IMG/VR virus record: IMGVR_UViG_3300035698_006061
Location: 1-11,078 of that record
Length of the DNA: 11,078 nt
Reading direction: 5' to 3' (one strand)
From: a virus
The position numbers were made by a program, and so were the translations under genes. Below, in pieces: positions 1 to 6,188 of this stretch; within the stretch, counting starts at the first letter, position 1, and each line of letters begins with the position of its first letter. The notes beneath the pieces were generated by a model. The model was not told the DNA's origin and did not search any database. It worked only from the letters and a program-made list of their open reading frames with translations.

Positions 1-127
1 ACTATAGCAGAAATTGTTCTTCCAATCCATCCACCTATAATACATGTTGGTTTGCATCCTCCAGCGTGTAGTGGAAGTCTATGGCAGTATTCGCATGGTT
101 TAGTTATTTCTTTCATTTTGTTTTTCA
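1..127. repeat. Terminal overlap, copy A: exact duplicate of 10952-11078, defining a 10,951-bp closed unit
   Basis: Base-by-base comparison of both ends: actatagcagaaattgttcttcc...ctttcattttgtttttca is present at both. 1-116 is therefore the same DNA as the 5' part of the 72-aa gene at 10849-11067, not a second gene. Confidence 0.95.
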
Positions 128-192
128 ATTCTGTCCATGTTCACCTCCCTTTTTTAATGTATCTTGGAAGTTTGATAATCTTCTAGCTTCTC
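119..192. repeat. 74-bp perfect direct repeat, copy A (partner 10814-10887)
   Basis: tgtttttcaattctgtccatgttcacctcccttttttaatgtatcttggaagtttgataatcttctagcttctc occurs at both sites; mismatches flank both ends (118 vs 10813, 193 vs 10888). On the minus strand it carries an SD (GGGAGGTGA), an ATG and 6 codons (MDRIEK). Confidence 0.95.
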
Positions 193-517
193 TCTGTTCC
201 TTGTTAAGTATAACATGGCAGTCGTGGCAGACAAAAACGAATTCATCAGTTAGCACGGGTTTCGTTATATGGTGGTGTTCTGTTGCTTTACAGCCACATT
301 TTACACATAATGCACCCTTGAATGGATATTTTTGCCTTGTTAGCCTCTTTATTATCCTCTCTTTTCTAGCTTCAGGTCGTTTTTCGCTTGCATAGTTGTT
401 TGCTTTTTGACTAGCTTGTGCCTGTGCAATACGTTCTTCCCGATGTGCCATGTAATATAATCTTCCATATATTCTTCTTCGTTCCTTTTGAGCTTCTGTT
501 ATTATTCTTTTATTCAT
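125..517 (-). CDS. HNH-family endonuclease (phage terminase-associated type)
   Basis: 130-aa ORF with CVKCGCKATEHHHI...VFVCHDCH, i.e. CxxC...HH...CxxCH, the zinc-coordinating HNH pattern. Basic N-terminus. SD GGAGGT lies 6 nt upstream, and ATGA overlaps the preceding stop. On the circle it sits just upstream of terL, as HNH genes do in HK97-like cos phages. Confidence 0.7.
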   Translation of the reverse strand: MNKRIITEAQKERRRIYGRLYYMAHREERIAQAQASQKANNYASEKRPEARKERIIKRLTRQKYPFKGALCVKCGCKATEHHHITKPVLTDEFVFVCHDCHVILNKEQREARRLSNFQDTLKKGGEHGQN

Positions 518-768
518 CTTATAACCTCCATTTTAAGTTCATTGATAAGGTCGCATATTTTCTTGCCTTTCTCTGTTAAGCATACATCTCTATGCCTTCC
601 TGCTCTGTTTGACTCTACTAAACCCATATCTTCTAAGCCTTCTACTAGCCTGTAGACTGTTGTATTGATTACTCCAATCTTTTTTGAAACTTTAATTAAA
701 GATAGCTCTGGAGTTTTCTTTATCTCGTTTAAGAGTCTTGCAATGTTTACATTAATTAGAGTTAGCAT
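514..768 (-). CDS. Winged helix-turn-helix transcription regulator (MarR/ArsR-like)
   Basis: 84-aa ORF. HTH plus wing pattern: LIKVSKKIGVINTTVYRLVEGLEDMGLVESNRAGRHRDVCLTEKG. Its start overlaps the end of the upstream RHH gene. Confidence 0.75.
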   Translation of the reverse strand: MLTLINVNIARLLNEIKKTPELSLIKVSKKIGVINTTVYRLVEGLEDMGLVESNRAGRHRDVCLTEKGKKICDLINELKMEVIR

Positions 769-1178
769 TCTTCTTCCTTGGCTTGTTTAATTAAATCTGT
801 GTAGTGTATTCCTGTCATCTTGCTCCAAACCTTAGCAGGGCCAATAACGTCTTTCTTTTCTTCAAGTAATCTTCTAAGTGCTATCATTGCTTTGAATGTA
901 TTTACTTTTAGACTCTCTTGTTCACTTACTTCGTTCTTCTCTGCAATTGCTAACATTTTTAACCAATGCTCTTCTTTAGCAGCTACTCTTTCTTTTTCGA
1001 TTTCGATTTCTTTTATCTTCATAGTAATCTTATCTACCTTCTGTTCTCCATCCTGCATGTCTGCATCTATAAGAGCTTGCTGTATAAACTTACTGAAGTT
1101 GAAACCTGCTATTGTAGTTTTTCTACTAGCGAGAATTTCTTCCACGTGTTCGTTTAATGTAATACTGTGTGTAACCAT
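762..1178 (-). CDS. Ribbon-helix-helix (CopG/Arc-like) DNA-binding protein with a coiled-coil C-terminal extension
   Basis: Start placed at internal Met43 of the 180-aa track ORF (MVTHSITLNEHVEEILASRKTT...FSKFIQQALID, a strand-helix-helix pattern). The 42 residues upstream translate AT-rich promoter DNA (IYILVYTKVCIFLLIYAY). A TATA-like box lies 21 nt upstream of this ATG. Confidence 0.6.
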   Translation of the reverse strand: MVTHSITLNEHVEEILASRKTTIAGFNFSKFIQQALIDADMQDGEQKVDKITMKIKEIEIEKERVAAKEEHWLKMLAIAEKNEVSEQESLKVNTFKAMIALRRLLEEKKDVIGPAKVWSKMTGIHYTDLIKQAKEEEC

Positions 1179-1199
1179 AATTAAACTAAAAGAAACTCC

Positions 1200-1206
1200 T
1201 TTATAA
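1200..1206 (-). promoter_or_regulatory. TATA/box-A-like element for the RHH-wHTH-HNH operon
   Basis: The minus strand reads ccTTATAAA-21 nt-ATG(1178). An AAGGAG lies 17 nt from the ATG, probably too far for an SD. The geometry fits an archaeal TATA about 25 nt upstream of a leaderless or short-leader start. Confidence 0.4.
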
Positions 1207-1434
1207 GGATATGCATAAATTAATAGAAATATACATACCTTTGTATATACTAGTATGTATATGCTTTCTAGTTTCAATTTGAACCTACCCTTTAACCCTA
1301 ACACTTACTAACCTGTGTATATATCTCTATATATAGGTATATCCTCATTTGAGTACATATGTATCTATATAAGTTACTATATACCTATATACTCCCTATT
1401 CTATTCTTTAAAGAATATGTATATCTCTTTTTTT

Positions 1435-1489
1435 TATATATATATATATAATATATATATATATTATAATAATAATAATAATAATAATA
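1435..1489. repeat. Compound microsatellite: (TA)8 then (AT)7 then (ATA)8
   Basis: Read directly: 1435-1450 TA repeats, 1451-1464 AT repeats with a phase shift, and 1466-1489 eight ATA units. Confidence 0.9.
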
Positions 1490-1579
1490 GTAAGTAGCCT
1501 CTCAGCTCGAAAACTCGCTGTTTAGTAACTCCTCTCTCAGAGTCATGTCTTTTCATTCCTAAAGGTGCGGGAAGTCGGG

Positions 1580-1614
1580 CTCTGCTTTAGCGAGTCTATG
1601 CGAGTATTGCAGAG
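1580..1614. repeat. Hairpin presenting a double GCGAG motif
   Basis: CTCTGC (1580-1585) pairs with GCAGAG (1609-1614). The 23-nt loop is TTTAGCGAGTCTATGCGAGTATT, containing GCGAG-N5-GCGAG. Confidence 0.6.
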
Positions 1615-1786
1615 ATTAGACTGACACGGTTGTCTTGGATTATATTAAAGGGTGGAAATATTATAAAAAATTTCTCTATGAGTCTTTTTTTTTATGAAAA
1701 ATTTCTTGGAGAGTCGAGATTTAACAAAACTAAATACCACTAATAACCGCTAAGAACTACAACTACATACATACATACTACTAAAT

Positions 1787-1808
1787 ATGGGCGACCAACA
1801 TAGCCCAT
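1787..1808. repeat. GC-stem hairpin, GGGC-N10-GCCC family member
   Basis: ATGGGC (1787-1792) pairs with GCCCAT (1803-1808), with the 10-nt loop GACCAACATA. Confidence 0.6.
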
Positions 1809-1888
1809 GTATACATATACATATAATCATACTACTATTACTAACTCCAAATCTCATACATTCAATCAATACTAATACATACACTATT

Positions 1889-1918
1889 AGCCCTCTAAGG
1901 GGCGAGTATGCGAGCCCC
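1889..1918. repeat. Iteron/hairpin unit 1: AGCCCTCTAAGGGGCGAGTATGCGAGCCCC
   Basis: GGGGC (1899-1903) pairs with GCCCC (1914-1918) around the 10-nt loop GAGTATGCGA. Alternatively, GCCC (1890-1893) can pair with GGGC (1900-1903). Contains GCGAG-TAT-GCGAG. Confidence 0.75.
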
Positions 1919-1960
1919 ATATATATTTACTTAACTAATTAATACTTTAAATAACTAATA

Positions 1961-1988
1961 AGCCTCTAAGGGCGAGTATGCGAGCCCT
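1961..1988. repeat. Iteron/hairpin unit 2: AGCCTCTAAGGGCGAGTATGCGAGCCCT
   Basis: Near-identical to unit 1 and 72 bp downstream. Each of the three C/G runs is one base shorter than in unit 1. The stem is AGGGC/GCCCT with the same 10-nt loop. Confidence 0.75.
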
Positions 1989-2160
1989 GTAGTACATTAT
2001 ACTAACTTTATTAATAAGATTGATTAGAGAGGCTCCTAGACCCCTTAGATATTCCTTTAGAGTAGAGGTGTATGGGAGTATGATATAAAGACTAAAGTAG
2101 AATTTCTATGAAATTCTAATATCAGGGGAATATATAAACACTGCTATATTTCTTTGTAAT

Positions 2161-2176
2161 AAAGGAAATATCCTTT
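2161..2176. promoter_or_regulatory. Perfect palindrome AAAGGA-AATA-TCCTTT (candidate operator)
   Basis: 6-bp arms and a 4-bp spacer, read directly. Related GGAAATAT / GGAATAT strings occur at about 1654 and 2126. Confidence 0.3.
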
Positions 2177-2302
2177 AATTTAATATTGTTAGTATTGTAC
2201 TATGGTAATAGAATTGGTTGGTGGTCAAAAGTGAGGAAAATTCAATCTAAACACTTACATAGTCATGTATATAGGTAAGGATATAAGTAATGATATAAGT
2301 AC

Positions 2303-2767
2303 TTAAGCAAAAGTAGCATCAAATATAATAGTGCCATCAAGTGTAGCTGTATCAATAGTATGATTAGTATAAGTAAGTACAAGTGTTTGTGTACCTTTGT
2401 CAGTAGTTACTGTTTGTTGAGTTATGTCTGTACCTGTATAAGTAATGGTAGATGTGGCAACTGAAACACCTTTTAATGACCATGTAATACTTTGCATGAA
2501 ACCACCTGAATATGTTGGTTCTGCCTTATCATATAAAGGTAAGTCAAATATTTCATTATTATTAGCATATTCTTTGTTAACTATGTCTTTATTTTTTGAT
2601 GGTTCTTCCTGTACTGTACCTTGTTTTATTGCAATAGAGTGGACAATATTCTTATCATCCATGTTATCAAAGTTACCTGCTCCTTGAGGTCTATGCATAC
2701 CATCTCGTTTCTTAGCATTGCTAGCTTTAAACATTGTCTTAAATGGGTCTTTAGGTGCTCGTGCCAT
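2303..2767 (-). CDS. Hypothetical beta-rich virion protein (candidate fibre/receptor-binding or tail-associated)
   Basis: Start placed at Met18 of the 171-aa track ORF (MARAPKDPFK...) because the upstream codons overlap the 57-aa gene. The C-terminal half is T/S/V/I-rich with alternating beta-like pattern (ITYTGTDITQQTVTTDKGTQTLVLTYTNHTIDTATLDGTIIFDATFA). Last gene of the structural block. Confidence 0.5.
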   Translation of the reverse strand: MARAPKDPFKTMFKASNAKKRDGMHRPQGAGNFDNMDDKNIVHSIAIKQGTVQEEPSKNKDIVNKEYANNNEIFDLPLYDKAEPTYSGGFMQSITWSLKGVSVATSTITYTGTDITQQTVTTDKGTQTLVLTYTNHTIDTATLDGTIIFDATFA

Positions 2768-2775
2768 AAGAATAA

Positions 2776-2949
2776 TTAAGCTGCAGAAGAAATTGTCTCG
2801 TAAGCTGAGCCAGTCCAAACTTTCAACTTGTTAGTTGTAGAATCATAGAAAACTGTACCTGTTTGAGGTGCTGCTGGTAAAGCTGTAGTAACCAATCTTG
2901 GTGCAACGAATGCGCTAGGCATTACAATATCACCGATAACTTCTGTCAT
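2776..2949 (-). CDS. 57-aa protein with a fibre-like motif (not in the supplied ORF track)
   Basis: Hand translation: MTEVIGDIVMPSAFVAPRLVTTALPAAPQTGTVFYDSTTNKLKVWTGSAYETISSAA. SD GGAGGT lies 6 nt upstream of the ATG at 2949; the TAA stop is at 2776-2778. Confidence 0.55.
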   Translation of the reverse strand: MTEVIGDIVMPSAFVAPRLVTTALPAAPQTGTVFYDSTTNKLKVWTGSAYETISSAA

Positions 2950-2988
2950 TATGCTACCTCCATTATAGCTTTAATTGTCTTAGAATTC

Positions 2989-2994
2989 AAAAAA
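2989..2994 (-). terminator. Oligo-T (T6) run immediately after the capsid gene stop
   Basis: The minus strand reads TAA-TGAGTAC-TTTTTT-GAATTC. Oligo-T tracts are the established archaeal intrinsic termination signal. There is no preceding hairpin, so it is not a bacterial rho-independent terminator. Confidence 0.35.
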
Positions 2995-3001
2995 GTACTC
3001 A

Positions 3002-3862
3002 TTATGCCTGAGTGTTCGTAATCTTGTAAATAGCTGCAGGGTCTGTAACCTGAACATGGCCAATTTCCCAAGAACGAACTGTGAAATTTATTCCTTTGTC
3101 TTCAACTACTGCACTTGTTAATGGTGTAGCTGCTCTCCATGTAGCTGCTCTTTGTCCAATAACTATTAATGCTTCATCTGCTGTTACACTTGTTGAGACA
3201 ATAATTGTTAATCCAGCAACTTGTCCAACTCTTCCGTTAGAAACAACATCTGCTGTCTTAAAACTTGGATTGTTGATAACTTTGCTGTTCATCATTAAAT
3301 TTCTGTAATCTTTTGGGCTTAATAAAAGGTATCCGTTCATTAAAGCATCGTAATTGCTCTCGAATAATGTTTGTTCACCTGTTAGAATGTCTCTGATAGG
3401 GTCTCTATCTGTTGCTGTTGCATCATCCCAGTTTGCTACTGCTGCTGCAGTTGAAATACCGTCAGCTCCTGATAATGTTGTATAAATATATGAATCTACT
3501 TGGCTAGCAATACTTCTTGCTACTCTTAAGATTGTTCTTGCTTGTACATCGATAGCATCTGTAAGCTTATCTTCTAAGAAAATAGTACCTTCTGCTGCGA
3601 ACTTAATGTTTTGTCCTTGTACTTTAGTCCAACTTGGGTCTACGTGTGGAAATGCAGCTCCTCTTGCTACTCCTTGTACACTAACTCCTTCACCTGTTGC
3701 AGATAATTCAGTTGCTGTTTCTCTGTAATAAGTTTCTGTCCATTTAGAACTAGATTGATTAAGCAATACTTGCTTCATTTTGAATTGTTTTAAAGCAAAT
3801 CCTTTAACTGCTCTTTCAACATTTTCTCCTCGAATATCTACCATTCCATTACTATCAGCCAT
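3002..3862 (-). CDS. Major capsid protein (HK97-fold type, no delta domain)
   Basis: 286-aa ORF directly after the scaffold-like and decoration-like genes. A/T/V/G-rich and Cys-free. SD-like GAGGGTGA upstream. Assigned from position, size and composition, not from a named motif. Confidence 0.7.
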   Translation of the reverse strand: MADSNGMVDIRGENVERAVKGFALKQFKMKQVLLNQSSSKWTETYYRETATELSATGEGVSVQGVARGAAFPHVDPSWTKVQGQNIKFAAEGTIFLEDKLTDAIDVQARTILRVARSIASQVDSYIYTTLSGADGISTAAAVANWDDATATDRDPIRDILTGEQTLFESNYDALMNGYLLLSPKDYRNLMMNSKVINNPSFKTADVVSNGRVGQVAGLTIIVSTSVTADEALIVIGQRAATWRAATPLTSAVVEDKGINFTVRSWEIGHVQVTDPAAIYKITNTQA

Positions 3863-3863
3863 C

Positions 3864-4259
3864 TTAACACTTCACCCTCACTAATATTGACTCACTGGTT
3901 GTTCCAGATTGTCTAGCGTATCCTACTACTTCTTTTAATCCTGCTGCTGTAGCGTCATCTGCTAATGTTACTGTGTTAACTCCAGAAATTTTAAGTGGGT
4001 CACCTGCTGTAACTGTAGCACTTACTACCATCTCGTAAATTCCATCGTTAGAATAAGTTAATTTTGTAGAATCATCAGCACTGTCTTTTTCCATTGTAGC
4101 AATTCCTAGTGGTATTTCACCATCTGCAGAACTAGCTGAACCTGTGTTAGGGTCTGTTAATTGTAAAAGAGTTCCTTTAGCAATTGTAACTCCTGCTGCT
4201 ACTGTACATTCTGGAAATCTGTCTTGTAGCTGAGTACTTAATGTTGCTTCGTTTGCCAT
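3864..4259 (-). CDS. Head decoration / capsid cement protein (DUF2190-like)
   Basis: 131 aa. Pattern AAGVTIAKGTLLQL...GIATME...GIYEMVV...VTAGDPLKISG...VVGYARQ...ILVRV matches the small beta-barrel DUF2190 pattern as I recall it. Sits immediately upstream of the MCP. Confidence 0.55.
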   Translation of the reverse strand: MANEATLSTQLQDRFPECTVAAGVTIAKGTLLQLTDPNTGSASSADGEIPLGIATMEKDSADDSTKLTYSNDGIYEMVVSATVTAGDPLKISGVNTVTLADDATAAGLKEVVGYARQSGTTSESILVRVKC

Positions 4260-4283
4260 TATAATTAAATTAAATAAAAATAG

Positions 4284-4290
4284 TTTATAA
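4284..4290 (-). promoter_or_regulatory. TATA/box-A-like element for the decoration-MCP unit
   Basis: The minus strand reads ccTTATAAA-24 nt-ATG(4259). No SD precedes the ATG. It has the same ccTTATAAA core as the site at 1200-1206. Confidence 0.4.
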
Positions 4291-4302
4291 GGATTGCTAT
4301 AA

Positions 4303-4467
4303 CTAATCCTCTTTTTCTTCTGTTTCGGGCTCTTCAGGGCACTTTTCTAGTGCTTTCTCAAAAGCTGCGATAACAATCTCGTGAATTGCAATACCTTCAG
4401 TGTGTGCTAAAAGTGCTGCTTTAGATGCTTCAAGTTCCCTTAGAATTGATGTTCTAGATAAATCCAT
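4303..4467 (-). CDS. 54-aa acidic helical protein (not in the supplied ORF track)
   Basis: Hand translation: MDLSRTSILRELEASKAALLAHTEGIAIHEIVIAAFEKALEKCPEEPETEEKED. Its ATG overlaps the end of the scaffold-like ORF by 14 nt. It fills an otherwise empty 190-nt gap. Confidence 0.45.
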   Translation of the reverse strand: MDLSRTSILRELEASKAALLAHTEGIAIHEIVIAAFEKALEKCPEEPETEEKED

Positions 4468-4783
4468 CTGCTGCTAATGGGTTTACTTCACCTAACATTA
4501 GTTTCTCTGCAAATTCTTCATCAGTTAAAGGTCTGTCTTCTTCTTTATTCATGCCTGCTTCTGCTCTACCACCTAGAATGTTTCTTGCTTGGAGTGCTTC
4601 TGTTCTATCGTTCTGTATTCTTAGTGCCTCTGAGGCTTTCTCAATCCTTTCAGCTGCATCGTTTGCGGCTTCAAGCACAGGAGTTGTCTGCTGCTGAATC
4701 CTTTCATTGCTATTTTCAACTGCTCTTTCTGCTGGTTGTTCAGTTTTTTGTGTTTCATTTTCTTCCATTTGTACTACCTCCAT
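4454..4783 (-). CDS. Scaffolding-like protein
   Basis: 109 aa, highly charged and predicted helical (E/Q/A/R-rich). Sits upstream of the decoration and MCP genes. Strong SD GGAGGT 7 nt upstream. No protease gene is present, consistent with a separate scaffold. Confidence 0.5.
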   Translation of the reverse strand: MEVVQMEENETQKTEQPAERAVENSNERIQQQTTPVLEAANDAAERIEKASEALRIQNDRTEALQARNILGGRAEAGMNKEEDRPLTDEEFAEKLMLGEVNPLAADGFI

Positions 4784-4800
4784 TATATTACTAATAAGTT

Positions 4801-6036
4801 TTAGAATAAGCCAAAGTTCAAAGCACTCTTACCGTATTCTTCTTGCTTTACTATCTTTGTATCCAGTCCATATTTAATTAATATTGCTAGTTCCTCTGGT
4901 GTTAGAATATTACCTGCGTTTCTCTTTCGGATTGCTTCAAATAATAATGTTCTTTCTTGGAACTCAGTATCATCTTCTGCATCACTTCTCTCTTGTCCAG
5001 ATTTGAAAGCCTCATCTCTAGCAGTTTGTTTCTCTGCGAAGGCTTGGTCTCTAGTATTACTTTCTTCTCTCAACCTATCAAACTTACTTGCTGTTGTTTC
5101 CTGTGATTCTGATACTAACCTCATGTTCTCGTTAGCTGTTACTAAATTGTTTTCCACTGTGCTTCTGAATTGTTTACCAAATGGCCATAGTGCTGGGTTA
5201 ACTATTGTGTTAATCTTTGTGAATTTAAGTGCTCCTTCAATAATCTGTATCTGTCCTTGCATTTGCTCTATAGCATCTGCTCTTGTTATCTCGTTGTTAT
5301 CAAATCTATCTAATATCTTAGATGTATAGAAGCTTGCTGCTGATGCACCATTGTCTGCTGCTAACCATTGTGTTAATGTACTACCACCAACATATGTACC
5401 TATTGCTACTGTAAGTTGTTTCTTTGTTAATCCAATGAATGTTTTCTTTGTTGCGATGATTGCTAGGTCTTTAGCTGCTTGTTGAATTGCTATTTTGTTT
5501 ACTTCTGCCTGTAAGTATGATGGGTTAATTCCTAACTTAGCTGCTTCTGCTGCTACTTTACTTGAACTTGCTGCTCCACCAGTTGTTATTAAACCTTTGA
5601 TTGCTGTAATTCCTGCACTTGTTGCTAATACTGCTGTAGCTGCTACTGCTGTACTTATTAGTGTTGTACCTATTACTTTTCTTGCTTCATCTGTATCACC
5701 TCCTCTAATATTTGCTCTACTCTCTGATACTGCATCTGCTCCAGCTCTTATTCCTTCTGTAAATGTAGTTTTTGGTTGGCTTAATGGTGCTGATAGTATA
5801 TCTAATGCTCTAGCTCCACCTCTCTTTAACTTATCTCCGAATGTTGGTGCCTCTGTAGTACTGATTGGTTGCTTAGATGCTCTAGATACAGCTGAACTTG
5901 GACTTCCACTAACGCTACCTGGACTGATTGCACTGCCTGCTTTAGGTGTACTAGTTGTAGTTGTCTTCTTTGCTCCTGGCATTTCTCCTCTTATAAATCT
6001 CTTTCCTATACTCTTAAGTTTACTTAAAATTCCCAT
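4801..6036 (-). CDS. 411-aa virion-associated protein (candidate internal/ejection or tape-measure-like protein)
   Basis: Start placed at Met21 (MGILSKLKS...), whose ATG overlaps the stop of the 50-aa gene (TAATG). It has an S/T/P-rich N-terminal third, a central A/T/G/I hydrophobic stretch (VIGTTLISTAVAATAVLATSAGITAIKGLITTGGAA) and a charged helical C-terminus. Confidence 0.55.
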   Translation of the reverse strand: MGILSKLKSIGKRFIRGEMPGAKKTTTTSTPKAGSAISPGSVSGSPSSAVSRASKQPISTTEAPTFGDKLKRGGARALDILSAPLSQPKTTFTEGIRAGADAVSESRANIRGGDTDEARKVIGTTLISTAVAATAVLATSAGITAIKGLITTGGAASSSKVAAEAAKLGINPSYLQAEVNKIAIQQAAKDLAIIATKKTFIGLTKKQLTVAIGTYVGGSTLTQWLAADNGASAASFYTSKILDRFDNNEITRADAIEQMQGQIQIIEGALKFTKINTIVNPALWPFGKQFRSTVENNLVTANENMRLVSESQETTASKFDRLREESNTRDQAFAEKQTARDEAFKSGQERSDAEDDTEFQERTLLFEAIRKRNAGNILTPEELAILIKYGLDTKIVKQEEYGKSALNFGLF

Positions 6037-6188
6037 TATAATAATATTCCCGCAATTATTGCTAGTGTTATTGTGATTGCTGTTGTACACATCCACCTGT
6101 TAAGTTTAACTTTACCATTAGTCTGTATTACATGTTTTTCTATTTCACATATCTTATCATAGATTTCTCTGTTTGTTACTGTTACCAT
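6036..6188 (-). CDS. 50-aa C-terminally membrane-anchored protein (not in the supplied ORF track)
   Basis: Hand translation: MVTVTNREIYDKICEIEKHVIQTNGKVKLNRWMCTTAITITLAIIAGILL. TAATG overlaps occur at both ends (with the portal stop and with the start of the 411-aa gene). Confidence 0.5.
   Translation of the reverse strand: MVTVTNREIYDKICEIEKHVIQTNGKVKLNRWMCTTAITITLAIIAGILL

Larger units (their letters stand above)
1305..2302. promoter_or_regulatory. About 1-kb region with no credible ORF: candidate origin of replication / control region / ncRNA locus
   Basis: No credible ORF on either strand. Very AT-rich stretches and microsatellites are interrupted by GC-rich hairpins and GCGAG iterons. 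It lies upstream of the regulator operon and downstream of the last structural gene. Confidence 0.45.

Noticed and set aside
1-127. Interpreting the 127-bp end repeat as a genuine physical direct terminal repeat of the virion DNA.
   Set aside because: This cannot be told apart from an assembler k-mer overlap of a circular or permuted genome using sequence alone. It is reported only as evidence of closure.
1179-1304. N-terminal 42 codons of the 180-aa track ORF. Likewise codons 1-17 of the 171-aa ORF (2768-2818) and codons 1-20 of the 431-aa ORF (6037-6096).
   Set aside because: The extensions translate promoter-like AT-rich DNA or overlap the upstream gene. The internal ATGs have a TATA box at the right spacing, or a TAATG or close-packed junction with the preceding stop.
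1315-1497. 60-aa plus-strand ORF in the region with no credible ORF.
   Set aside because: It is a translation of TATA-rich DNA and the microsatellite (YIYIYNIYIYYNNNNNNN), with no start signals.
1204-2284. 9-nt direct repeat TAAGGATAT at both borders of the region with no credible ORF (1204-1212 and 2276-2284), as possible recombination or att sites.
   Set aside because: A single 9-mer match in AT-rich DNA of this length is expected by chance, and there is no supporting flanking similarity.
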